A DNA stretch of 64,000 bases from Bdellovibrionales bacterium (GTDB lineage Bacteria; Bdellovibrionota; Bdellovibrionia; Bdellovibrionales; JAGQZY01): contig JANPLN010000025.1 in assembly GCA_031426555.1 (NCBI GenBank), forward strand, positions 64,001 to 128,000, given 5' to 3'. This document shows, piece by piece, positions 19,785 through 29,729 of this stretch (positions are counted from its first letter, which is position 1; every line of letters begins with the position of its first letter). The position numbers and the translations under genes are program-made. The notes beneath the pieces were generated by a model. It ran no database searches and had not been told where the DNA came from. It was given only the letters and a program-made list of their open reading frames with translations.

Positions 19785-20648
19785 TTAGAAGTAAAACGTA
19801 GAGCCAATCGAATAGCGGGTTGTTTGCGAATCGTAGGTGAACAATTCGTAACGACCATCGATAATATAATTGTCGCCTTGCGAGTATCCCAAATACATAC
19901 CAAACTTGTCGGTGAAGGAATAATTCGCCGATAGATCAATGCTGTAGCGGCCACCCGGGTTTTCTTCAACCCACCCATTAAAGTTGGTGCTGGTGTCGTA
20001 CTCGCTGGCGGATTCATTCACGACGGAATACGAAAGGGTGGCGTTGAGTGAAAAGTTGTCTGTGACGTTGTAAGAGTTCACCATCGTTACACCGTACAAA
20101 AACAGCGCGAGCGGCCTCCCGCCTAGTTCGCCTTCTCCCGTCACATTGTAACGATACCAATTGTACCGATAGAAGGGTCGCAAGCTCACAAGCATCTTGC
20201 CGCGAATCATCGTGTTGATTTGCACCGTCTGCCCCACGGTCAGATACTTTTGATTGTCTTGAGATTCGATGGAGGTTGGTAAATTAAGCACGTTCACTAA
20301 ACGGAAGCGTGTTCCCGTCTGTTCAACCGTCCACGGCATGTTCCAAAAATGCGAAACAATGGTGTCTGACGGCGACCATTCATTTTCTCCCCGAGTTCCG
20401 CCCACTTCATAATTTTTGGTCGGTGCCTGTAGCACCCGAAGTGAGTGTTGTTGATTGAGCTGATAGTCAAAAAACGTCGTTATGTCCGTCGCAGCAAATT
20501 GATCATCTCGGGCGGCAGGCTGATGGTTCACATCAAAAAGAATATGCCATTTTTTCGCCTGCGCCTGGTTGGTCACATCACTCGTCGCCACATTCGCAGC
20601 TTGAGCGATGGATCCCAACAAAAATAAAACGCAAAAACTTCTTATCAA
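19785..20648 (-). CDS. Outer-membrane beta-barrel protein
   Basis: Signal peptide; aromatic-rich strands; terminal YSIGSTFYF (BAM-type signal). Confidence 0.7.
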   Translation of the reverse strand: MIRSFCVLFLLGSIAQAANVATSDVTNQAQAKKWHILFDVNHQPAARDDQFAATDITTFFDYQLNQQHSLRVLQAPTKNYEVGGTRGENEWSPSDTIVSHFWNMPWTVEQTGTRFRLVNVLNLPTSIESQDNQKYLTVGQTVQINTMIRGKMLVSLRPFYRYNWYRYNVTGEGELGGRPLALFLYGVTMVNSYNVTDNFSLNATLSYSVVNESASEYDTSTNFNGWVEENPGGRYSIDLSANYSFTDKFGMYLGYSQGDNYIIDGRYELFTYDSQTTRYSIGSTFYF

Positions 20649-23600
20649 AGCAGTCCCCCGCTCATGATAGAGTAGATGTAATAAAGCTCTTGGAGATCTA
20701 GCTTTCCTTCAACCGTTGAAAGTTGGGAATCTTCATCCTGTTTGATTCCTTTATAGATATCAAATGCGTAAGGGCTGCCCTGCTTGGAGAACATATAGTA
20801 ATTGGAATTCACTCCAACAATAGCCACTTCCTCGCCCGGTTTAAAATCAAAATCCTTCGACGTTTTTAATGTGACAAGGTTGGCTACTTTGTCATTCTCG
20901 TTTTCAAACTTGTAATCAAAGTAATCAGCCAGCTCTAAAATCGTGAAGCGCTTGATTTTGATTTTCTCGATAAAGCTTTCCATGGCTCGGTTTGAAAAAT
21001 TCATCGCCGACTGCGCGTACAATTGACGTCCGTAGGAAATAAACCATGGCTCCATATCCACCCGCTGAGTCACAATGTTCTCCAACACCTTATGCATCAA
21101 CGATTCAAACTCAGGATGATTGATATACGTCATATACGAAGCATACAGCTGCACACGATTTGGGTTGTAATAAATCTGATCATCGCCCGCCAAAAAGTAC
21201 ATGGCTGCCAATTTATCATTAGCAATACCCATTCTTTGTAAAGCTCCAGAGCCCAACTCATAAACACTGCGATACGGTTTATCGGTGTTCTTTTGTGTGA
21301 GCACTGACTGGAAAAACGCGATGGCCAACTTATTCGCTTGTTTAAGCTCTCGATCAAAAGAGATCAAGATGTCATCTTGCTCAAACTTGTTGTTAATGTT
21401 CATTTCTTTTAGAACATCTTTTACGTTGGTATCGTAAAATGCTCCCCGCCACATGGGTAGGAACTCCTTCATCTCTTTCATCAGAGTCAAAATGCCGCGC
21501 ATGTAACCCGAGGTGTACCAGTACTGGCGATCAAAACGGTAGTTCCGAGTGTAGTATCCGTCTTCGTAGGTGTCGATCAACGACATCATGATTTCTGTTG
21601 GCGTTGATCCGATGTCGAAGCGATTGCAAACTGCACTGGTGATCGTGTGCTCATCCGAGCAGTACAAGTAATGCTTTTTATCAAAATCATCGATTTTGCC
21701 AGAGCTGTAGGCGAAGGCGAGAGCCGCCACGTCGTAGGGCTCCCAATCTTGCGTTGTGAAGAACTCATCTTGCAAACGAAGATAGTCCATCACCGACGAA
21801 GAAACTGTGGGCCAGTAAACAGGATTTCCGCTGCCATCAACAACGCCAACCGTTTTTTCGATAATCGGGCGACCATCTTCGAGCTTCAAACTGCCATCCG
21901 CTTTTTTCGCAAACACCGCTTCAAATTTAGGTACAGAAGGCTGCAAAAAGTTTTTCTTATCCACAGATCCGTAAAAATTATGGCGAAGATTCAGGTTGTG
22001 ACCCAACTCATGAATAGATGTGCGGTAAATAATATTTTCCGCAATTTTATCCGTTGAAAAACCATGAATAAAATACTGCTCAACGCCAGCAAAGGAGCCT
22101 TCCATGGAAAGCTTGCAATGGCCGCGATAGTTTTGGCGCACTGATTCTAACTCATGCTTTTCGTACTCACCCATCTCGTAAGTGAGCTGTTTTAGAGCGT
22201 TCACATCCAAACTTTTTAAATGAGCTGGGAGATTTTTGTTCAACACAGAATCTTCGATGGCTGTGTAGCTGATAATTCCCGATGGTGGCTGGAGAGTCAT
22301 AGACTGCTCGAGTTCCGTCTTCATCATTTCGTTGAGTTTGTGGGGAAGAAGATGCTTTTCGATCCCCTTCACACCCATAAGACCCTGCGGTGTTAACTTT
22401 TGTTCAACAAAACCATCTTCGCTGGGAGTATCGACAACCACTTCGACCGGGCCCACTGTGCCCTGGGTAAACATATTCCAACCTGGGTATGTGTACACAG
22501 TGTGAGTCATCATTTTGTCGTACACTTTATCCAAAGTGGCGCTGCCCCACTCCGATGTGGCCCACTGTGAAGGATCTGGTTGCTCTAAAAGTTCCTTCAT
22601 GTCTTTGTAGAGAGTGGACGTATTCCATTTCAATTGCGATTGTAGATCAGCTTCCGAAGCGTCGCGGAAATAGCTGAGTTCTAAACGGCGCAGATAATTC
22701 GTGATCATACCCGACCACACGTTGAGATTCGCCGAAATGATTTCCCCAGTGAATGGATCCGCATCTGATGGGCCATAGCCCAGTGGTGCACTTGGATCCA
22801 GCTCTTCCACCAAGTTTACAAATGAGTAACGAAGATCGCCGAATTCTTTCGCTACGCCTGTGCGAGCTTCTGTTTTGGGATCAAAATCGTTCTCTTTGAC
22901 ATAGAAACGTATTGGCAAGCCTTTGTTAATAAAGACCTGATTTGTTTTCTTGAAGATATCTTCAAAAATATATTTGTATTTTTGGGGGAAATCTTTGGTG
23001 TAGTAAAAATAGTGGGCTTTTTCAGGATGCCAGCGGTTCACCAAAAACAGGTTTCTTTTCTCGCCATTGACAAGCTCTTCCTTGGTGGACTGAAAGTATC
23101 CATACTTGCGCATCCGTGGATCTTGCTCCCCCGCGTAAACCATGGGCTCGTAATCCGTTTTTTCGACTTTGCGGAAAGAGTATCTGTATTGAACCGAATA
23201 GTTGATCTGCCCGTTGATGGAGTTGTCTACAGAGGGGCACGAACGTTTATAAAGCACCTCAACCACAAAACTAATGTAGCCCGGCTCCATGGTATAAGTG
23301 TTGTCAACACGGCGACGGGTCTGCTCTTCCCAGCATCGCCCAAGGTCGCCAATCAAAGCGCCCTCTTCGGTAACGTCTGCCACAGCGAAGTCGATTTTAA
23401 TAAAGTTTTTTTGATCCCATTTTTTAATATCGTCTTCGATTTCCTTGTTGATGGTCTTTCCATCAACTTGTTGAAGAGCCGCTTGGTGATGCGTGATGGG
23501 CCACGAATACACAATGGGACTCCCAGTGAGCGATGTTTCCCGGCCTCGATAAGCGCCTTGAATGCTCTTAAAGAGAAGGTTTTTTTCGGTAAAATCAAAA

Positions 23601-23836
23601 TATCCTACGCGCAGATCCGATTGGTAGCCGGCAAAAATAAAACCGCCATCCAAAGAGTTTTGCACAACTGTGATTTTTGAATAGTAGGCATCGCGTGTGT
23701 CCGATGTCGTTCCCAAAAGAGAGTTTTTCGAAACCCAGTCTTTTTTAATTTCGGGACGTAGACCATCCACTCCACGATTTCGCGAGCAGGCAACAAAAGA
23801 TAAACCAATGAGTAATAGAAGACCTAAGTTTTTCAT
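20645..23836 (-). CDS. Large zinc-dependent metzincin lipoprotein (EcxA/DUF4953-like)
   Basis: Lipobox FVAC; GDLRYS; GYGPSDADPFTGEII; HELGHNLNLRHNF; Met-turn SSVMDY. Confidence 0.85.
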   Translation of the reverse strand: MKNLGLLLLIGLSFVACSRNRGVDGLRPEIKKDWVSKNSLLGTTSDTRDAYYSKITVVQNSLDGGFIFAGYQSDLRVGYFDFTEKNLLFKSIQGAYRGRETSLTGSPIVYSWPITHHQAALQQVDGKTINKEIEDDIKKWDQKNFIKIDFAVADVTEEGALIGDLGRCWEEQTRRRVDNTYTMEPGYISFVVEVLYKRSCPSVDNSINGQINYSVQYRYSFRKVEKTDYEPMVYAGEQDPRMRKYGYFQSTKEELVNGEKRNLFLVNRWHPEKAHYFYYTKDFPQKYKYIFEDIFKKTNQVFINKGLPIRFYVKENDFDPKTEARTGVAKEFGDLRYSFVNLVEELDPSAPLGYGPSDADPFTGEIISANLNVWSGMITNYLRRLELSYFRDASEADLQSQLKWNTSTLYKDMKELLEQPDPSQWATSEWGSATLDKVYDKMMTHTVYTYPGWNMFTQGTVGPVEVVVDTPSEDGFVEQKLTPQGLMGVKGIEKHLLPHKLNEMMKTELEQSMTLQPPSGIISYTAIEDSVLNKNLPAHLKSLDVNALKQLTYEMGEYEKHELESVRQNYRGHCKLSMEGSFAGVEQYFIHGFSTDKIAENIIYRTSIHELGHNLNLRHNFYGSVDKKNFLQPSVPKFEAVFAKKADGSLKLEDGRPIIEKTVGVVDGSGNPVYWPTVSSSVMDYLRLQDEFFTTQDWEPYDVAALAFAYSSGKIDDFDKKHYLYCSDEHTITSAVCNRFDIGSTPTEIMMSLIDTYEDGYYTRNYRFDRQYWYTSGYMRGILTLMKEMKEFLPMWRGAFYDTNVKDVLKEMNINNKFEQDDILISFDRELKQANKLAIAFFQSVLTQKNTDKPYRSVYELGSGALQRMGIANDKLAAMYFLAGDDQIYYNPNRVQLYASYMTYINHPEFESLMHKVLENIVTQRVDMEPWFISYGRQLYAQSAMNFSNRAMESFIEKIKIKRFTILELADYFDYKFENENDKVANLVTLKTSKDFDFKPGEEVAIVGVNSNYYMFSKQGSPYAFDIYKGIKQDEDSQLSTVEGKLDLQELYYIYSIMSGGLL

Positions 23837-26025
23837 TATTGAACCTCGTTGTTCGGTGCGTAGATTGTGGCAGAAACCATCTCTTCTTGATCAAATCCGA
23901 TACGCAAACGGTCGTTGGGGAAGTAGACGTTCACCAATCGACCATTTCCGCCGGTGTCTTTTTTGCTCAAGTAAACACAACCTGGAATTTTTGCTAACTC
24001 TGCAATAAATTTAGAACTGTTCATCCCAAACTCGGGGGCAAATTTTTGCCCACAAAGGTCAAGAATTTTTGTGCTATTTAACTGAGTCGTCACACTGACA
24101 ACTTTGTAAATACGCGTCGGAGGAAAGGCTTCTTCTTTCACAAGCTTCATTCCCACACCGATGTTAAGACTTCCAAAATTCGCATAGGCCACATCTTGAG
24201 GCATTTCTTTCTCGGGGCTAAAGGACACATCAATGGTGGCACGATCACTGTAACCCGCGCGCACTTTAGGATAAAATAACAGTAGGTCCTCATCTCTTTT
24301 CATGCCGCTTTGAACTTCAATACTGGCTTCGCTGCGTCCCAAGTCCCAATCGGTCACATTCACTTGGTCGCCAATAGCCACTCCAGAAAGTTCTGTAAAT
24401 GTGGATAGCTTGCCAGGCACCATCACTGGTGACCCGTCGGGGTTCTTTAATTCTTTACCGGTTACAGCTGAAATTGCAGGGACCACGCCTGTGACCTTTT
24501 CGATGGGTGATGCAATCTCACCAAAAATTAACGGATCCAGTGCATTGAACTCACCACCCAGTTTGATCATTATAAAACTGGTTAGATTTCCTTGCTCTTC
24601 TTCGGCACCGAACTGAATAAACAAACCATCATTGGCCGTTTTGTCGTAGACGATAATATTTGCCGTGTATTCTTTAATCTCTGGTCGTTGAAAAGCCCCT
24701 ATAAAGCGCGTCACCACGACGGCGCTGGGATAGGTTGTCTTCATCTCTGCAGCGATCAAGTCTTTGAGTTTTTCAACAAAAGAACGAACGTTTTTGGGGT
24801 TCAGACCGAGGCTGATTTTTAAGGGTTGTTCTCGGCGATCCACAGTTTCTTGAAACGACGTGATCTCGCCCACCGCTGACGCTCGGACCTCCACACCACT
24901 CGCGGTCTCTGTCACCACGATCTGGCGATTTCCTAAAGTGATCGCATTTGGGTAGCCACTCCAAACCTGAATCACATTCATCTTATCGCTGGCTAAGGGT
25001 TGTAAAGCGCTGCGATCAAAAACAGTTTTTTGATAAGCCAAAGCTGTACCGTTATAGCTGCGACTGAAAGAGTCATAGGACACGCTGGTTTTAACTCTCT
25101 GGAGCACCAAAGGATCTGCAATAAGATCCGAAATTTTTTGTTCGATATCAGCATAGGTCTGACCTAGCTCGATGGTCGCGGCAACCGGCGTCGGAGTTGC
25201 TGCTTGATTGGGTATGAGCAAACTACCGGTCAAAAGATTTAAATCAAAAGCGAGCGTGGGTTTAGGATCTAACAGTCGCGATATGTAGACAACGAAGCGA
25301 TCTTTGCTGATCAGCCAAGACATTTTTCCAGAAATCGAAAACACAAAATCTTTTTGCGATTTATTACCCCAGATAACTTGGCATGTGTTCTCGGAAAGAC
25401 AATTATAAGTCTCCGAGGTTTTTTCCATGATTCTGTAATAATCGACCGCGATCTCTTGGGCACCTTCGAGAGTATCCACTTTGTAACCAAGTCGGCCAAA
25501 ATCAAAACCCATTTTGATCGGTTGTAACGGTGTTGGCATTGGAATTTCGCCTAGATAATCTTGCTGAGTTTGAATAAAAATCGGCGTGCGTGGAGTTTCT
25601 TCGCGCCATACAATATAGAGTCCTTCGTAGTAAAGGGCATTCCCGTTCACATCGGGACCATAGCTGGCGCGCGATAGCAACTTCTTCTCTTCGACTTCGT
25701 CCAGAGTTGTATCAAAGGTAATTCCACCGGCACCTTTGCCGTAAAGAATCGGCAGCGACGATGTGGCTTTGATTTTTGCATCGTAGGCAAATCCGCCTTC
25801 GGCATCTTCCGTCGAAATCGGCATTTCCAAAAGATCTTTTGCCGAAACTTGTTTGCCATTCACTTCGATCACTAAAGCTTTTTCATATTGCTGATCGGTA
25901 GGAACAGCCTTCTCAAGCACTATCGGAGCTGGAGTCGGTGCTTTGGTGTCGTACGCTTTCGGCGATTTTGAGCAAGCGGCAAGACTCGCCAACGCAAAAA
26001 ACAGAAATATTGATTTTATAGACAT
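23836..26025 (-). CDS. Large hypothetical lipoprotein
   Basis: Lipobox LAAC; 729 aa; stop overlaps the start of the metalloprotease gene. Confidence 0.75.
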   Translation of the reverse strand: MSIKSIFLFFALASLAACSKSPKAYDTKAPTPAPIVLEKAVPTDQQYEKALVIEVNGKQVSAKDLLEMPISTEDAEGGFAYDAKIKATSSLPILYGKGAGGITFDTTLDEVEEKKLLSRASYGPDVNGNALYYEGLYIVWREETPRTPIFIQTQQDYLGEIPMPTPLQPIKMGFDFGRLGYKVDTLEGAQEIAVDYYRIMEKTSETYNCLSENTCQVIWGNKSQKDFVFSISGKMSWLISKDRFVVYISRLLDPKPTLAFDLNLLTGSLLIPNQAATPTPVAATIELGQTYADIEQKISDLIADPLVLQRVKTSVSYDSFSRSYNGTALAYQKTVFDRSALQPLASDKMNVIQVWSGYPNAITLGNRQIVVTETASGVEVRASAVGEITSFQETVDRREQPLKISLGLNPKNVRSFVEKLKDLIAAEMKTTYPSAVVVTRFIGAFQRPEIKEYTANIIVYDKTANDGLFIQFGAEEEQGNLTSFIMIKLGGEFNALDPLIFGEIASPIEKVTGVVPAISAVTGKELKNPDGSPVMVPGKLSTFTELSGVAIGDQVNVTDWDLGRSEASIEVQSGMKRDEDLLLFYPKVRAGYSDRATIDVSFSPEKEMPQDVAYANFGSLNIGVGMKLVKEEAFPPTRIYKVVSVTTQLNSTKILDLCGQKFAPEFGMNSSKFIAELAKIPGCVYLSKKDTGGNGRLVNVYFPNDRLRIGFDQEEMVSATIYAPNNEVQ

Positions 26026-26386
26026 TAAATTTTCCCCCTGAAATCATTGTAGAATCCCGAGCAAGTTAAACTGTTTTGTGAGCACTTAGTCAATATTGTG
26101 TCAGGGCGGTGACACTTCTTGTAAAAATGATAGTTTTTGTAAGATTTGATTATTAACTCGAATCTACAGGCGATTGAGTGATTTTCGTTGGCTTGGCGCT
26201 TGCTACTGCTTATGGTAGGTATTAATAAGTTTTGGGGAGTATTTAAGATGATGTTAGTTTTATCGGCAGTGTTTTCCTTGGTTTTCATCGTATCGACTGA
26301 ATCTTTGGCGGCAGGAATTCTCGCGTCGTCGCTATGGATCTTAGCCTCTTTTATGATGTTTTAAGCGTTTTTAAGGATTCAGCTTC

Positions 26387-27397
26387 GTGAAAATACTAAT
26401 TATTCGACTCTCTAGTTTTGGGGATATTCTCCAGGCGCAAGCCTGCCTACAAAACATCTACGACCACAATCCCAATGCGATGATCGCCCCTTCAATCGAT
26501 TGGCTCGTGCGCTCGGACTTTAAAGACCTTCTGCGAGAACAACCCCTGAATCACGTTTTCGCCCTCGAGCGCAAAGGTGGATTCATTGCTTTGCTTAAGA
26601 TGATCCGGCAAATGAGCGATACGCCCTACACGCACATTTATGATGCCCACAATAATTTACGTTCCTTCTGGGTGCGCTTTCTTCTGCCGCTTTTTATTTT
26701 TTTCCGCCACGGTCTTCTTCCCCGCGTTTTGGTTCGCAGCAAAAATCGCTGGCGGCGGTTTTTATTTTTTAAACTTCGACAGCCCGTGTTTCAAATGCCG
26801 TTTCGCGGGAGTTGTTCGTTTTTAACTCCCTTAGCAAACTGGGGAATGTCTCCAGAGTTTCAACAGCGCGCCCATTGGAAGACCACCACTAAAGTTCCGG
26901 TCCATCTTAACCCGCGTTTTATCGCCATTGCTCCGTCTGCCGCGTGGAAAACCAAACGCTGGCCCGTGGGCTTTTGGAAAAAACTCGTTGAGCTTTTGCC
27001 CAATGAATCCTTCGTGGTGCTCGGCGGGCCCGATGATACCTTTTGCGAGGAAATTGCTCGCACAGCACCTCATCGCGTGTTTAACTCTGCAGGCAAATTT
27101 TCGCTGCTTGAAAGCTGTGCCGCTGTTCGCGATGCGCAGTTGACCATCTCCGGCGACACCGGGATCCTGCACGCTGCAGATCAGATGCGGAGACTCAATA
27201 TTGGCCTGATCGGCCCCACTGCCTTTGGTTACACGAGCCAAAACCTCTCCGTGGTTCTCGAAACCCAGCTGCCTTGCAAACCGTGCAGCAAAGACGGGCG
27301 CGATCCATGTATAAATACGGTTTTTCAAAAATGCATGATCGAAATCACCCCCGAAAAAGTGGCCCACGCCGCAAAACTTTTGTTGGGACCGCAATGA
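26387..27397 (+). CDS. GT9 ADP-heptose:LPS heptosyltransferase (WaaF/WaaC family)
   Basis: MKILIIRLSSFGD, KRWP, SGDTGILHAA, GPT, CKPC. Confidence 0.9.
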   Translation: MKILIIRLSSFGDILQAQACLQNIYDHNPNAMIAPSIDWLVRSDFKDLLREQPLNHVFALERKGGFIALLKMIRQMSDTPYTHIYDAHNNLRSFWVRFLLPLFIFFRHGLLPRVLVRSKNRWRRFLFFKLRQPVFQMPFRGSCSFLTPLANWGMSPEFQQRAHWKTTTKVPVHLNPRFIAIAPSAAWKTKRWPVGFWKKLVELLPNESFVVLGGPDDTFCEEIARTAPHRVFNSAGKFSLLESCAAVRDAQLTISGDTGILHAADQMRRLNIGLIGPTAFGYTSQNLSVVLETQLPCKPCSKDGRDPCINTVFQKCMIEITPEKVAHAAKLLLGPQ

Positions 27398-28641
27398 CCT
27401 TTGCCTACCGAATGATTTATTTTGTCGTTGTGCGGATGCTATTACCGCTGCTCCATGGCGTGAACGATAAGGTGGCGCGCGGATACCAACTGCGCCAACC
27501 ACAAAATGGCAAACTCCCCTGGCTCGCCACTCCAAAAGCGCTTCGCCCCCTTTGGATCCACTGTGCCTCGGGCGAGTTCGAATACGCGCTGCCGGTGATT
27601 CGCGAAATTAAAAAAAACAATCCTTTGCAAAAAATCCTCGTGAGTTATTTTACTCCCACCTATGCGGAGCGAATGAAGGCCGAGCCCCTGGTGGACTTTG
27701 TTGTTCCCGCCCCCTGGGATGAGCCCGGAGTCATCAAAGAATTTATCGATCACCATCAGCCCACCGCGCTGTTGTTTGCGCGAACGGACTTGTGGTTTGA
27801 AATGAGTCGCCAGTGCTCGCTCCGTAAAATTCCGGTGATTGTATTTTCGATGACCTTTCAAAAAAAAATAAATCTTATGTTACAGATTTTTTTGCGCTGG
27901 CGCTGGCAGTTTGTGGATCATTTTTGGGTGGTGTCGGAGACAGATGCCGCGCAATTAAAAAAGCTTCTTCCCCAGGCGCAAACTGAAGTGGCTGGCGACA
28001 GCCGCTACGACCAATGCCTTTACCGACTTTCGCAAAACAAAACACTGCCTTTTACAATTGCACAAAGCCCTCGCAAACTTATCATCGCTGGCTCCACCTG
28101 GCCCGAGGACGAAGCGGTTGTAATTCCCGCCATCAAAAAAACCACCGATTTGAGATGGATTGTTGTTCCCCACGAGAACACACCCACTCATTTGTCGCAG
28201 CTTGAGCAAAAGCTAAACGCCCAACAGATCGATTTTGTGCGATCAAGTCGCATCTCCGCCTGGGATGGAATGCAGGTTCTCGTCGTGGATCAGGTGGGAT
28301 TTTTAGCCGAGCTGTATGGGTTCGCTGATATGAGTTTTGTAGGTGGATCGTTTCGCAAGCAAGTGCACTCGGTGATGGAATCCTTGGCCTGTGGCTGTTT
28401 GACCTTCGTCGGACCGTTTTACAAAAACAATCGCGAGGCTATTGAATTTTCGTCGGAATTTTCGTCTGAATCCTCACCTGGTTCGCAACCGGCGGCGGTG
28501 CAGGTGGTGACGTCGTCAGACCAACTCACTCGCGGCATTCAGCACTTTGCGACCCAGTGGACAGCCTCCCATAGCAATGAGCTGCGGACGCGATTTGTAC
28601 AAAAAACTGGCGCCAGTAAGAAAATTGCCGCCAAAATTTAA
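27394..28641 (+). CDS. waaA: 3-deoxy-D-manno-octulosonic acid (Kdo) transferase
   Basis: WIHCASGE, GDSRYD, IAGSTW, IVVPH, GFLAELY..AD..FVGGSF; start ATG 27394 overlaps the upstream stop. Confidence 0.9.
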   Translation: MTFAYRMIYFVVVRMLLPLLHGVNDKVARGYQLRQPQNGKLPWLATPKALRPLWIHCASGEFEYALPVIREIKKNNPLQKILVSYFTPTYAERMKAEPLVDFVVPAPWDEPGVIKEFIDHHQPTALLFARTDLWFEMSRQCSLRKIPVIVFSMTFQKKINLMLQIFLRWRWQFVDHFWVVSETDAAQLKKLLPQAQTEVAGDSRYDQCLYRLSQNKTLPFTIAQSPRKLIIAGSTWPEDEAVVIPAIKKTTDLRWIVVPHENTPTHLSQLEQKLNAQQIDFVRSSRISAWDGMQVLVVDQVGFLAELYGFADMSFVGGSFRKQVHSVMESLACGCLTFVGPFYKNNREAIEFSSEFSSESSPGSQPAAVQVVTSSDQLTRGIQHFATQWTASHSNELRTRFVQKTGASKKIAAKI

Positions 28642-28668
28642 CGATAGTTTGGGCGCTCTTCCCGGGTC

Positions 28669-29202
28669 TTACAACTTTTGAATAAAAATAATAATTTCGC
28701 CGATGCGGATTCCAAACTTGGACATCACAGCGCGATTGATGAGATTCTTTTCGTCCACCAAAAACATGGAATCATCAAACGGCACATTGTAAACCGTTCC
28801 ATCCACAGGAATTTTTAGAGTGTATTTCCAGTTCATCGCAAAACCGCTGGTCCCGCCATAGCCTGTTCCCTCAACATCGCTGGCGGTGCCTTCGTATTTA
28901 TTATCGGCGGTTTTTTTAATCTTCCACTCGCGCTTTTGAATTTCCTTGTTATCAAAAAGAAATTCTTCCTTAAGAGTTCCCAGATTGCCGTTCCATTCGC
29001 CTTTCAATGTAGCAGTAAAGCGACGAGTGACCACGTGCGACCGACTCATCACCACTCCCCATGCCTTCATTTCACCGTTAAAAAAGCGATCCAACTCCAA
29101 ACGAGGTCCTTTGTCTTTGTACGAATCCAGTGATGTAGCACAAGCACTCAACATAAATACTCCTAATAGATACTTCATAAAATGCATCATTTTGCGGTTC
29201 AT
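28669..29202 (-). CDS. DUF3833 family lipoprotein
   Basis: Lipobox LSAC; FFNG...AWG, RRF, FDDSM, NRAVMSKFG. Confidence 0.85.
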   Translation of the reverse strand: MNRKMMHFMKYLLGVFMLSACATSLDSYKDKGPRLELDRFFNGEMKAWGVVMSRSHVVTRRFTATLKGEWNGNLGTLKEEFLFDNKEIQKREWKIKKTADNKYEGTASDVEGTGYGGTSGFAMNWKYTLKIPVDGTVYNVPFDDSMFLVDEKNLINRAVMSKFGIRIGEIIIFIQKL

Positions 29203-29669
29203 TTTAAAAGGGCCTTTCGCAAGCGCGGCTCAGAGGTTTTTTCACTCAACCAGATCCCAAAAAAATAGTCTGCGAATTCTGGATCATCCACTTGGCCTAA
29301 AAAGCGACCGCCTAAACAAAACAAACTTTTTTTATCTTTGCCGACAAATCCAACCAGCGCATCACCAGACTTTACATCGGGAATAATTTTTTTAAGCTGT
29401 TCAATCCAGACCGTTAACTTTTGAACCGGCCCTCCCAGCTTCTTGATTTCTTTTTCCGTGGCCTCCACGATTTTCGCGCCGGCAATTTCGCGTTTGTACT
29501 CTAATTTCAGTTGATACGGAGGCAAGGGGTAAGTTTCGTTGTAGCTGTAAGTGATGTCGTAGATATGAAAGCCCCAAACCTTAAAGGCGGCCTGGGCCTC
29601 TTTTTGAAGTGTTGTATGAGGACACTCCGAGGCCCAGGCATTAAAAATAAAAAGGAGTTTAACTAACAT
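29199..29669 (-). CDS. Chalcone isomerase-like protein
   Basis: WGFHIYD, PDVKSGD, FFGIWLSEKTSEPRLRKALL; start trimmed to MLVKLL. Confidence 0.8.
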   Translation of the reverse strand: MLVKLLFIFNAWASECPHTTLQKEAQAAFKVWGFHIYDITYSYNETYPLPPYQLKLEYKREIAGAKIVEATEKEIKKLGGPVQKLTVWIEQLKKIIPDVKSGDALVGFVGKDKKSLFCLGGRFLGQVDDPEFADYFFGIWLSEKTSEPRLRKALLK

Positions 29670-29729
29670 CAGACAATAGGGTATAATAAGTTTACGAAGT
29701 TGTAAACAATTATTTATTTGGAGCTCATA

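Noticed and set aside
22982..23680. Long antisense ORFs (also 26831..27535, 44643..45293, 55683..56261)
   Set aside because: They lie opposite well-supported genes and carry no independent motifs.
26025..26288. 87-aa ORF upstream of the lipoprotein operon
   Set aside because: No motif or convincing RBS; it spans the likely promoter region.
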